Assembly (NCBI RefSeq): GCF_018350175.1
Contig: NC_058368.1
Span: forward strand, 233,804,001-233,868,000
From: Felis catus
Lineage: Eukaryota
Direction: 5' to 3'
Length of the DNA stretch: 64,000 nucleotides
Shown here one piece after another: positions 1-11,530 of this stretch (position 1 is its first letter; each line of letters begins with the position of its first letter). A model generated the notes under the pieces. It saw only the letters and a program-made list of their open reading frames with translations, was not told the origin of the DNA and ran no database searches. The position numbers and the translations under genes were made by a program.

Positions 1-184
1 TTTTTTAGAATCCTTAAATATTTGACCCTCTCACCAGCTATATTTTTAGTACCTCCTGTCCACATGAACCACACTATTAATCTATTAATGTTTTCTATTC
101 CTTTGGTCAATGTTTTTCATTGACGTTTTCCACAAACACAGAGAAGAGCCTTCTCAGGAGGTGTGTACCCTCGGAACAAGAGAC

Positions 185-372
185 TTCTTCGGTACAGTTT
201 CAAGAAGAAACCATTTTCCCTCCAAGGCGGAAGGGATCTAATGTAATCAATCTGCCAACAAGTCTTGGCCGGTTCTCCAGAGGGATGATGGCACACACAG
301 AGCTCACCAGTAGTCTCTGTTTCTTGCTGGCTGGACATTCCACTGTAATTGTAGACAAGTCGGCCCCGGTGC
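185..372 (-). mobile_element. Degenerate ERV-L-class (class III) endogenous retrovirus pol fragment, integrase N-terminal/core region, frameshifted
   Basis: The minus strand reads GADLSTITVECPASKKQRLLVSSVCAIIPLENRP and then, in another frame, TCWQIDYIRSLPPWRENGFFL. This is colinear with the ERV-L integrase consensus as I recall it (KADLATATAECPxCQQQRPTLSPRYGTIPRGDQPATWWQVDYIGPLPSWKGQRFVL). Confidence 0.75.
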
Positions 373-1009
373 CATTGTCAGATACTTTGTCTCCTCCAAT
401 CAGTGCACTCTGGGTCTGAGAACTGCCTTACATCTGGGAGCTATTATCTGGAACGACCTCCGATGTCAAATGCCTTCGCCCGGATTTTCTACAAAGAGCC
501 GGATGCTGTGTAGAGGGTCAGGAGAGAGGGAGGAGGGGGGAGGAAGGCAGGGCAGTAATGCAGGCCACGCATTACCCGATGTCACTGCCTCCCAGTGAGC
601 TGGGAGGGGGCACGGCAGGCAGCTGTGCAGATGTGGCCCCTGAACTGGCTCTAAGGAAGAATCAGATCTCAGAGGTATCCACAGAAGGAAGGAAGTGGTG
701 CTGAGGGAATCTCAGAGAAGTTTCCCCCCGTCTCCTTTTTCCCATTGCTCCAGATTCACTGCACGGGTAGGTATCTGCCCCATGCCCCCAGGCAGTGTTA
801 TCTAGTCCATCAGGGACCATCTCCAGAAAGCCGGGTCCATGCCTTGTGATGTGGCATTTCAGCGACTTGGCATGGATTCGGGGACCCTCAGGGAGTGCAG
901 CAAAGTTGGTGGTGAAGGCAGGAGACACCTCGAGAAGGAAAAAGATGGTCGGGAGAATGTGAAGAGCTGAAAGGTTTGTGTTCGACATTCCTATCTAGGC
1001 AGGAAGAGA

Positions 1010-1202
1010 AACCCACAATCCCTAATGGAAATGACTGATATATTTGACTATATAGAACTTGCCATTTCGGGGCACCTGGGTGGCTCAGTCTGTTAAGCGT
1101 CCAACTCTTGATTTCAGCTCAAGTCAGGATCTCAGGGTTCAAGCCCTGAATCGGCCTCTGCACTGACAATATGAAGCCTGGTTGGGATTTTCTCTCTCTC
1201 CC

Positions 1203-1261
<59 letters not shown>

Positions 1262-2560
1262 TAAATAAACTTAACTTTTTTTAAAAAAAAAGAACCTGTC
1301 ATTTCTATGAGGGAAAAAAAGACATGATATACCAAGTCAAAAGAAAAGAGATAAAATGCTAATAATAATAGAAATTTCTGATCAAAGAAATCTCTCTCAT
1401 GTTGACAACAAAAAGACAAAGTACCTAATAAAAATGGGCAAAGAATAAAGAAAGGCAGGACATTACAAGAGGCTAAAATATTTAATTACCACTTAATATC
1501 ACAGTTATTACTCAAAATAAGTACAAATTCTTGCAATACTATGGCACCATTTTTCAGCAATTACCTGTGCAAATATTTTAAGCTTATAATATACAGCATT
1601 AAAGAGAATGAGAGAGAAAAAGAACTCTCATGAACTTTTGGCAGAAAATCATGAATCGGAATGAACTTTTTGGAAGGATAATTTGATAATATCTATCAAC
1701 ATTTAAAATTTACATGTAGTACTTATAAAACTGTTTCCTACAGATATTTGAGTATACATAAACACATGCATATAAAGATGTTAGTAATAGTACTTTTGCA
1801 ATATTAAAAAATAGAGAAAATCTAAATGTCTACCAACAGGAAACTAATGAATTAACTAATGAAACATAGTTACTTTTAATGGAATGGTGGATGGCCTTTA
1901 AAAAGAATAATACAGATCTACTCATATAGGGAAATGTTAAAGACACAAAGTATAAATGCAAGTTGCAGAGAAGTATACATGTATGATACTCCATGTATAC
2001 ACGAAGTATTGTATGATCCCATGTGTATAAATTAACTAGATGTGAAAATACTTTGTTTTTGACTGAACTCTCAAAGACCAGAATAATACCAGTGAATAAA
2101 TATAAGTGAATTAGATAACGGGGTAATTTGGAAGTGCATGTTCATGGAGATCTAAAACGCAAGACAAAGCTATGGTGAAATGGAAACCATGACATGTTTC
2201 TGATGCAAGCTTGAAATTGTTAAAGGACCTTTGAAAATCTACGAGTGCTTGAGATTGCTTCCAGGACAGAGAAAGTAGGATCAAGTTGCCTTATTCTAGC
2301 ATTTTCAGTCAAGCTTGCTGATTTACAATAAACACAATAGAAAGGAAAATGAGATTAAGAAACGTCTGTACGCTAAAAGAAAATCTTTGGAGGGTAGGAA
2401 CTGCTGAGTGCCGTGATTTTTGCAGAATGGGTGTTCAAAGCTCGGGGCAGGGTTGTGCAGGGGGAGACAGGGCGTTAACTCTCCCCTGTGACGTGTGTCT
2501 ACAGTGCTTGAGATTTTTACCACTAGTTGGTATCACTTTCCTTAAATAAAATAAAAAAAA
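1010..2560 (+). mobile_element. Old L1 (L1M/L1ME-like) ORF2 3' end and 3'UTR, interrupted by a SINE
   Basis: A-rich plus strand with L1 3' motifs (aaaatgggcaaag, aactttttggaagg...aatttg..aatatctatca, aaatgtctaccaacagg). Ends in an A-rich tail at about 2545-2560. Confidence 0.7.
1069..1290 (+). mobile_element. CAN-SINE (older subfamily)
   Basis: ggggcacctgggtggctcagtc head, (CT)n(CA)n linker and A tail. Degenerate TSD agaacttgccatttc / agaacctgtcatttc. Confidence 0.95.
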
Positions 2561-2754
2561 ATATATTAACCAAATCAAAGTATCTATGGACATTTTATCA
2601 TTCATGTGATTTCAAAGTATAAAACCAAATGAAAGAAGTCACAAAAGAAGACATGAAACAACTCTAAATTTAAACACAGGTACCAGTAAAATCGTAGTAT
2701 ACATTAAAAGGCAAATGACAAGCTGGAGGAAATATATTCAAAGTCTATGTTAAA

Positions 2755-3154
2755 TGCTACAGACTATGCCCCCAAATCCCACTGCTCCCCACCCCCTGCC
2801 CTATTCATATGTTGAAACCTAATGTGAGGGTATCTGGAGGTGGGGCCTTTAGGAAGAGATTAGGCCATGAGGGTGAGGCCTTCGTGAATGGAATTAGTGC
2901 CCTTGTAAAAGACCCCAGAGCGCTTCCTAACCTCTTTGACCATGTGAGGTCACAGCGAGAAGACAGCCACCTAGGAATCAGAAGTCAGATTTTCATTAGA
3001 CACTGACTCTGGGGTGCCTTGATCCTGGGTATCCCAGCTTCCATAACTGTGGGAGACAGATTTCTGTTGTTTATAAGCCCCCAGCCTATAGCATCTTGTT
3101 ATTGTATTTTTTGTTATATTTTGTTATGGTATTTTATTTATTAGCCCAAAGACA
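2755..3154 (+). mobile_element. MaLR solo LTR (MLT1A-like)
   Basis: attcatatgttgaaacctaat...ggaggtggggcctttaggaag...attagtgcccttgtaaaagacccc...tttctgttgtttataagcc, typical of MLT1A. Confidence 0.85.
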
Positions 3155-3179
3155 ACAAGCAGATTATTAATAGATTTTA

Positions 3180-3342
3180 GATAGATACATGGATGGATGG
3201 ATGGCTAGAAGGATGGATGAGAGGGGAGGAAGGAAGGAAGGAAGGAAGGAAGGAAGGAAGGAAGGAAAGAAGGAAGGAAGGAAAGAAAGAAAGAAGGGAG
3301 GGAGGGAGGAAGGGAAGAAGGAAGGAAGAAAAAAAGAAAAAA
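3180..3342 (+). repeat. Compound microsatellite (GGAT)n-(GGAA)n-(GAAA)n, polypurine tract
   Basis: Read directly from the sequence. Confidence 0.95.
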
Positions 3343-4734
3343 ATGCGGTATTTTGAGGTTATTCAGTATCCATAAGGGTAAGATGAGATAGGGTACTCAA
3401 AAGATAGACCACCCCTAATGATCATGTTTTCACTCAAAATATAACATTGGGAAATTATTCTACAATTTTAAGCGAATTATTCCAAAATTTTAAAGTGAAT
3501 ACACGAGCAAATAAATACATTATCACCAATAAACTGTGCGTGGCAGAATTACAGAGGACTTTTTATTTCCTTATCATTGCACCTCCTTCCCTTCTACATT
3601 TTCTAAAAAGACTATGTACTCCTTTTATAATGACTTTTTAAATCCTGAAAACAACTAAATAACTGAAACTAAGTCAAGGACTAGAAACAATAATGAGAAT
3701 ACTCTCATTATTTTTTGCAAATACAGCCATCCCATTTACACACCAGGGTACCGCGCTCCAAGTGTTCACTGTGAATTAACGAGAAATAGGTCATTTTTGG
3801 ACATAGCTCACGAAACACCTGATAACCATTCTCGAGGAATTAAGATTTGGCTTAGGAATTAACTACGGACACACATCGCCTGTCAGCAGAGCTTTGCGAC
3901 TCTGCTGGGGACATCTCTAGTTCTGAAAGATAAGGGATTGTGCTGCATAAAACACTTACCTCTGAATGTAATTTATCCCCAACTGTCAACAGAAATTAAA
4001 CCTGTTCTCCACCAGCTAGGAGGGAATGAATAAGTCAGGAATCATGCTCTTTCAGTTCTCTAAACCTTTTTTTAAGTAAAAATTCACGGAAGCCCTCTGG
4101 GATCTGAAACGTATCAAGATGAATTGTTGGACTCCTCCCTGGGGCACGCACCTCCATTTGATGTAGGATAAAAAGACCCAGCAAGGAATACGATGCAAAT
4201 AACTTCATTCTGAGCTCCTCCAGAAGCAGGGGCTGAACATTTGAATTTTATTTCATCATGCAAGACCTTGCCACTCTGACACTTTTCCCCTTTCTCTGTT
4301 CTTTGTAAGTATGCAGGAAGAAATATTTTACCTATAAATACCTGTGATCACTGACTATTTCTCTGCAGCCAATTAAGTCTTGGCTGCAGTAGGGACACTT
4401 GACTGTATTTGCACCGTATCAGCAACCTGACTCGGGATGAATAGATTATTCATTCTAGGATTAAGGTAACGGATCACATGGCTTGACCCCATTCATCCCT
4501 GTTGAGCTAAGAATCAAGTAGTTGACCCTTCAATACACTGAGTTAGGTAATAAAGAAGTCATAGGATTATTGTCCCTAATCTCTTACCCCAAGAGAATAT
4601 GTAGATATTTAAACAATGTATTCTTGAGTAAGTCAACTCCATGACTTTGCCGTTTGGATACAGGAAGCAATGTTGATGTCCATGTAACTATCTCAACATG
4701 AGCTGATGTATTAAATCAATTTAATCTTCGACCA

Positions 4735-5095
4735 CGGTTTACCCTTCACACAGGTTTGAATGGCACGGGTCACGTATATGCAGTTGATTTCTTTCTTTCT
4801 TTCTGTTTTTCTTTAACTAAATACATTACAGTCCTGCAGATGTATTTTCTCTTCCTTATTATTTTCTTTATACCATTTTCTTTTCTCTAGCTTACTTTTT
4901 GTTGTAAGAATACAGTGTGTAATGCATTTAACATACAAAATATGTGTTAATCAACCATTCATGTTATTGGTAAGGCTTCCAGCCAACAGTAGGCTATTGG
5001 TAGTTCAGTTGTGGGGGACTTAAAAGTTCTATATAGATTTTCAGACTTGCAGGGGGTCAGTGCCCCCCAACCCCTGCATTGTTCAGGGCCAGCTG
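4735..5095 (+). mobile_element. Tigger2a/MER28-like non-autonomous TcMar DNA transposon
   Basis: Degenerate terminal inverted repeats cggtttaccctt... / ...ttgttcagggccagctg followed by TA. Internal caacagtaggctattggtagtt motif. Confidence 0.85.
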
Positions 5096-5799
5096 TATGT
5101 ATACGTTATACTGCCTTTATTAATGAAGTATCATGGTTATCTTGATTCTCATTGTCACTCATATTCAAGAATTGGTTTAAAAAAGGCAGCTCATCTCTTG
5201 GATGGTTAAAGCCAAGCAGATCCCTAAAGCCCAGCAGGCGAGTAAGTGCAAGTTTGGCAGATGCGTCGGGGATCAGGAACCACTGCATCGTTCCCTTTCT
5301 GGGGTCATTGCCAACGCAAGCCTGCTTCACTCTGCATCTCTGTGGCCATCTTCCTCCCTGCTGTGCATTTGGCCTTCCTTCTCTGATCCACTTGTACCTG
5401 ATTCAGACTTAGCCACCCACCCCTGAAATGACATTGTGTCACTTCTAAGTCCCTTCATGGGAGGTCTTGAGAGAAAATCAGCGTGCCTCGGGTTGGACGG
5501 AGACCAACCAGCTAGGCATTGGTGCCGAGGAAGGCCCTGCGCTACGGCGAATTGCCGATTCTGGGGCGAGGGGAAGGAGTTTGTACAGAAGACACATGGG
5601 AACAGAGAGGGTGTTTCTGGCATCCCTAGAATGGTCATAGCGATTTCCTAGGTCAGTAACAACTCAAAGGTCAGTACTGGCCACAACGTGAAGTTCAGGT
5701 AAAGAAATTGCATATTAATTAAGTTCCACATGGTATCCGTCCGTAACATTAGGCCACTTTCCTGTCTAGCCTCACCAATCGTGTCTGTTTATCATGCAT

Positions 5800-6190
5800 G
5801 TTTGAAGTCAGGTTTCCTAGAAGCGAAGTCTAAGACAGGGGTTCTTGGGAGAGTGATTTAATGAGAGAGCTCTCAGGGGAGGGGGTGAGGGAAAGCAGGA
5901 TAAGACAAGGAGAGAAAGGTAGGTAAGGAAGGGATTCCGACTCGGAGTAAACTCAGCTGGGTCCATCAACTACACCACACAGCTATCCCATTTTAGGCCA
6001 GGAGGCCAGCCTTTGATACATGGTGGCAGTTGGCCACAGCTGCTGACGGCTGCTACTTGCCAGGGTAAGGGACGTGTGACCTCAGAGCAAGGCAGTTCCC
6101 ATCCTGCTGAGAGCAATACTGCAGAAATGATGGCGGCTGTGAGCCATCATCACAGCTGGGAAGGGGCCCCAACGGCAGCCACCACAGCAC
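5800..6190 (-). mobile_element. ERV-L solo LTR (LTR33-like)
   Basis: gtcaggtttcctagaagc...agacaggggttcttggg..agtgattta.tgag.gagctctcagg resembles the LTR33 terminus as I recall it. Confidence 0.65.
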
Positions 6191-8809
6191 CTGAGGCCCA
6201 AGGGACTCCCCAACCATGGCTCGTGCCGCACAGAATGAAGTGCAAGGTCAAGTTAGATCATTTCTGTGCCTCATCTTCGCCCTTCTGCCCATCCTTCCCT
6301 GGTGATTTGTTTCTGTAGCTCACCCCTCAGGGTGGCTTCTGCCTTGGTCCTCCCATCGATGCATTTCTGTCCCCACCGATGCCAACACATTTACCAGGAT
6401 TCTGCTCTGTCACAGCCTCTGTCTCCTCTGTCGCCCTCATCATAGCCTCAAAGCAGGTGCTGGCGTCTCCTGCCTCACAACACACGAGCCTTCTCCTCTT
6501 TCCTCACTGGGCCAAGTTCCTGCCTGCTCCAGAGCTTGAACACAGACTTCACACCCCCGAGAAAGCTCTTCCGGGCTTTTACCTCTGGCCGCGTGGTCCT
6601 CAGGACAGAGGGCCTCTCTTCCTCCTTGGAGTTTCCACACCACACTGGAAAGCTTACGGATTACCTTGCGATGGTGCCTTTGATATCCTCCCAGGCCCCC
6701 GCCAGGAACCCACGGATTTTCAGCTTGCAAGCCTATGACCTAGGAGGGTGGGACTCTCGACTCAGTTCGCTGAATGGTGGCGGAAAGTTTTAGCAAAATC
6801 AGAAGGCACCGGAAGAGGACAGAAAGTTCTCAAGAGTGCATGACACTTGGTAAAAATAAGTATTGTGAAACTATCCCTTGTTCTGTGCGTGTGCGTGTGT
6901 GTGCGCGCACACATGCACGAGTGTCTGCTGAGTTGCGATGTCGAAGATATTTCTGATTTTGCGTTGGAGATAAATAAAAGAAACTTGAAAGGCCACTCTC
7001 GTAGACTGTAGCCTCCATCTCTTACTGGATGTATAGCTCTGGGCACGTTCCTGACTCTCTCTGCCACAATATGTCCCTGCTAGAGTAATTGCAAGGATTG
7101 AATGGAGTAATATTCGTAAGGGCTTGGAGCAGCGCCTGGCACCCTTGGAAACCCTGTGTGCGTGTTGTGAGGCATCGTATTTATTTGTACTCACTAATTC
7201 TTGTCCGCTGCTCTGTTCTCTGGGACTCTCTGAGCAATTGGCACACCCTGGCTCCCAACAGCTACTGGTTGGAGAACAGCAGGGACTCTGTGACATAAGC
7301 CATCTTATATGTACTTGTGCTTGAAGGAAGGAAGAGTAAGGGATTCAGCTCAGCTTCATTAGTAAGCGCCAGAGGACTTTCAGAGTGTGTTTCTGCCAGT
7401 AAATCTCTCTCTCTTCCTGCTTCACTATGCTGTGTCTTCCTGAAGGCCATCTGGGCCCGTATATATTCACTTACGTGTCTGGCAATCTCTAAACATTATA
7501 TAAGTGAGTAAGGGGGGATCTGAGGCGTTGGGAAGGAACATCTCCACTCCTGAATGAAATCCAGCAATCCCTAAGCACTTCCTCCATCCTTTTGCAGAAG
7601 AATGTTCCTTCTGAGGTCAAACTACCAGCGGCCGCAGGAATTATCCAATGCGACTGATGTAGGCATGATCGAATTGTTGGTTTTATTCCAATGTCTCCCT
7701 CAACCGAACCAGAGAGGGAGGGGGCGTGAACTCTTAGTTTGTTGAGAAGTCAGCACTCTAATTTAGAAGGACACAGTACATTTCTACTCTTCCAAAGACA
7801 AGAGGACTATTCTGAGTCCATTATCACTGAAAATAGGTTAATGGATTTTTCCCGTTTTGACTGTGTCTGACCCAGGAACCATCTCTCATATGCAGCATCC
7901 CGCTTTGCTCCGGGGTCAGCTCATAGGAAGTGGACTCTAGAACATGCTATTTGCTTGGCTCCTTTTTAATGTAAGGGAAAGGCAGTGGAGGCTGTGGGAA
8001 GGAGATTTAAAGTTAGTTCCAGGAAGTCAAGTTTGCCGGTGAAAGCTGTAACCTATGGAGCCAGCTGCCTCGTGGACTGGCGGATGCCCATCACCGCGGG
8101 CGTCACCTGAGGACAAGATGACAATTTCCACCTGTGACAGCTACGTCACCGGTTCCCCCAGAGCCTGGGATTCTGAGGCGCCTGTCCTCACCACTCAGTC
8201 CTGTGGGATTCCATGGCCCTCATCCTGATACAGGCCACCGTCTGCAGGTGGTTTTACGGGAGAGCCTTCCCGAGTATGTCTCTTTCTTCTTGGTACTGTG
8301 TTTTCCAGTGGGTGCATCAGATATGTCATTGCATTTTATCCGTGTCCTGGGTCCAAAGTTATAGGCCTTCCTTACTCATGATTATGTGAGAAGGTGCCTG
8401 TTCGTCCTGAAAAATGGCAGCCTTTCAAAGCACGTGGAACACGAACTCACAATATATTTATACACCAGAGGGCCACGACCATTTTTGCGGGGGAATAACT
8501 ATTATAGCTTAGATTTTTTCCTTTTTAGAAAAAAGTTGCAGTTGGATCGTACGGAACGCGAAGAGCATTTTTAAAGCTTTTTTGATGCATGAAGCACAGA
8601 ACTTTGAAGACCTGAGTCTGGAAACAGGAAAGCATTTTGTGCAGGACGGTGATCCCAAATGAAAAGGTAGAGCTGTCGTCGTACGTAAGAGTGAAATTCA
8701 TTTCGCAGCAACCCATCTGCATGCAAGCTGGTTTACTTTTTTCAAGTTTTCTACGCATTAAAAAATAAGATTCCTTAGGAAGAAGTGAGCTATTATTTCA
8801 TGATAATAA

Positions 8810-9040
8810 TCTATCGTAACAGAGAGAGAAGCAGATGAGAATATCTGTGGGTTTTTCATCTGCTTCTGTGTTCAATCTGATCCGGATAGGTCATTTCGGT
8901 TGAAATAGACGAAGAAAATCTGGCCTCATATAGACATTCAGCTGAAAAAGGGAGGGGTATTTGAATAGATTTCTTTGATGATTGTGCCTAGCCTTCTTTG
9001 TTACTGCACCCAAACTCAAAAAATTCCTTCCAGGTCAGTT
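8810..9040. mobile_element. hAT-Charlie (Charlie1-like) DNA transposon fragment
   Basis: gaagaaaatctggcctcatatagac...gaaaaagggaggggtatttgaatag...ttactgcacccaaactc resembles Charlie1 subterminal sequence. Confidence 0.6.
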
Positions 9041-9089
9041 TTCTAGGAGTTCTGTTTTGTTAGATTCTGGATATAAGTGAGACCTTACA

Positions 9090-9359
9090 GTATAGTCTGT
9101 CTGGAGAAACCACAGGCTTGGGGAGCCCTCTGGGTGCCTTGCAGTGCCGGCCGGGGGAGGGGCGATGTGGTCAGAGTGTACCTGCTGCTCTTCCCCTTTT
9201 CATTGGTTCTTCTCGGTTTCTGTGGTCCAAGGGGTGCTCCAGCCTCACCCCCAGGATCTGGCATTTTCTCAATGGTGTCTTGTTTCTGGATAGATGCTAG
9301 TTGGTCTCCTGGTGAGGGGCTGAAGTCAGAAGCAACCTAACTCACCATCTTAGTGACGT
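9090..9359 (-). mobile_element. L1 5'UTR fragment (old)
   Basis: Ends in ctcaccatcttagtgacgt, which is ACGTCACTAAGATGG on the minus strand, an L1 start with a YY1-like motif. GC-rich body. Confidence 0.5.
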
Positions 9360-9397
9360 TAACCCTTCAATTTCGAATTAAGACAACTTTTGACCTT

Positions 9398-9628
9398 GGG
9401 GCGCCTGGGTGGCTCAGCTGGTTGAGAATCCAACTTCGGCTCGGGTCATGATCTCATGGTTCGTGGGTTCAAGCCCCGCTTCAGGCTCTGTGCTGACAGC
9501 TCAGAGCCTGGAGCCTGCTTCGGATTCTGTGTCTTCCTCTCTCTCTAACCCTCCCCCGCTCGTGCTCTGTCTCTCTTTCTCTCTCAAAAATAAATAATAA
9601 ACATTAAAAATTTTAAAAGAAAGAAGAA
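9398..9628 (+). mobile_element. CAN-SINE
   Basis: Full head, CT linker and A tail. TSD ttttgacctt on both sides. Confidence 0.97.
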
Positions 9629-9804
9629 AAGTTTTGACCTTGCCGACCTATCACAAAGATTTTGCAGGGGTAGGAGGGCAGTTCTGTCCCTACCATACTT
9701 GGGGAACTGGGTTAACCCACCACTTTGTTGTAACTGCTTGGAATATATGCATAGGGAAGAGGAACTTTTAACATGCATAGCTTAACAATCCCAGCAGGCT
9801 TTTT

Positions 9805-10614
9805 TTTTTTTTTGAGATAATACCAAATACCAAATTGATGTGGAAAGCTAAAGAACTCAGAATACTCAACCCTGAAAAAGAGGAATAAATTTGGGGGACA
9901 TGCTTTCCTTATTTTAAGACTTCCTATAAGCCACCCTATGGTCAAGACAGTGTGATTCGGGTGTAAGGATGGACAGATCTAATGAACTGAATCAAGTCCC
10001 TATCTGCGTATATGCAGCAAAATTCATTTTGACAAATGTACCAACGTATTTCAATGCAGAAAGGAAGGCCTGTGTAGCAAATGATGCCGGCACAACTATA
10101 TATCCGTTTATAAAAAACTTAAGCTTGACCCATATCTAACATGAAGTTTGACAGGCATTGATGAATTCCAGACAAAATTTAAAAGCTAAAATTATAGGGG
10201 CACCTGGGTGGCTCAGTCGGTTGAGCATCCAACTCCGGCTCAGGTCATGATCTCCCAGTTCGTGGGTTCAAGCCCCACATTGGGCTCACTGCTGTCAGCG
10301 CAGAGCCCACGTTGGATCCTCTGTCCCCCTCCCTCTGCCCCTGCCCCGCTTGTGTTCCCTCTCTCCCTCGAAAAATAAACATTACGAAAAGCTGAAACTA
10401 CAAAGCTTCTACAAGAAAATGGGGTAGATATCTTTGTGACCTGTGTAGGAAATATTTCTTAGAGAGATTACAGAAGTGTGAACACTAACAGGAAGGCAAA
10501 AAAAAAAAAAAAAAAAAAAAGCTAAACTAGACCGTCAAAATAAAAGATTTCTACTCTTCAAAAGACTGTTAAAAATTAAAAAGACAAATTAGAGTCTAGC
10601 AGAAATATTCACAG

Positions 10615-10645
<31 letters not shown>

Positions 10646-11530
10646 AGACTTGAACCCAAATTATATAAAGAATTTGTACATATCAAAAACAAAAGACAAG
10701 CAACCCAATTAAAAATTGTCAAAAAAATTTGTCAAAAGACTTAGGTAGATACCTCACAAATGAGGACACAAGCACTGCTAAAGAGACAAGAAAAGATGTC
10801 TTTTAACACCATTAGTTATCAGGGAAATGCAAATTAATACCAGAATAAGACACTGCCACACATCATTAGAGTGGTTTAAATTTACCCGACTTTCAACACC
10901 AAATGCTGGAGAAGACCGAGAGAGACTAGATATCTCACGCATCCTGGTGGGAATGCGCCACGGTACAACCAGTATGGAAAACTGGCTGTTTCTCCTAAAA
11001 TTGAGTGTCCAGTTACCTTATGATCCACTAGTTCCGCCTGAAGATAATTTTCCAGCAGAAATGAAAACATATGCCCATACACATCTGTATCATAGTGTTT
11101 TTTGTAGCTTTATTCATAGTAGCCAGAAATTTGAACACCTCAAATGCCCATCAACAGAATGAGTAAACAAAGAGAAGTATATTCATGCAGTGGAATATTA
11201 CTCAGCACTGTAAAGAAATGAACTATGGATGCACACATAGGGCTGAATATCAAAAACAATATGCCTAGCGAAGGAAGCCAGACATGGGTATGTTCTCTAT
11301 GCTCCCACTGTTATAAAGTTCAAGGGCTGATCTGCGGGAATATAACCCAGCTCTGGGTGCAGGAGGGGAACACACTGTTGAGGGACACGAAGAAACTTTC
11401 TAGGGTGAAGGCAATGCTCTGCCTTGATTGGATGTTGGCTCCGTGGATATGTACATTTTTAAACACTCATCAGCGAGCGCACTTAAGATCCGTGCATTTT
11501 GCTACAAGTAATTATACCTCAATAAAAATA
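9805..11530 (+). mobile_element. Old L1 (L1MB/L1ME-like) ORF2 C-terminal region and 3'UTR, containing a SINE, a poly-A run and (TA)n
   Basis: Motifs caagacagtgtg, atcagggaaatgcaaattaa, aaatgcccatcaacagaatg, and the terminal aattatacctcaataaaa. Confidence 0.9.
10197..10386 (+). mobile_element. CAN-SINE inserted in L1
   Basis: ggggcacctgggtggctcagtcgg head. Degenerate TSD aaaagctaaaattata / aaaagctgaaactaca. Confidence 0.95.

Noticed and set aside
3193..3375. Lys/Arg/Glu-rich ORF (also 45948-46256)
   Set aside because: Translation of GA-rich microsatellites.
5436..5651. GDQPARHW peptide resembling ERV-L integrase GDQPATWW
   Set aside because: No flanking colinear motifs (no QxDYI, no zinc finger), so probably chance.
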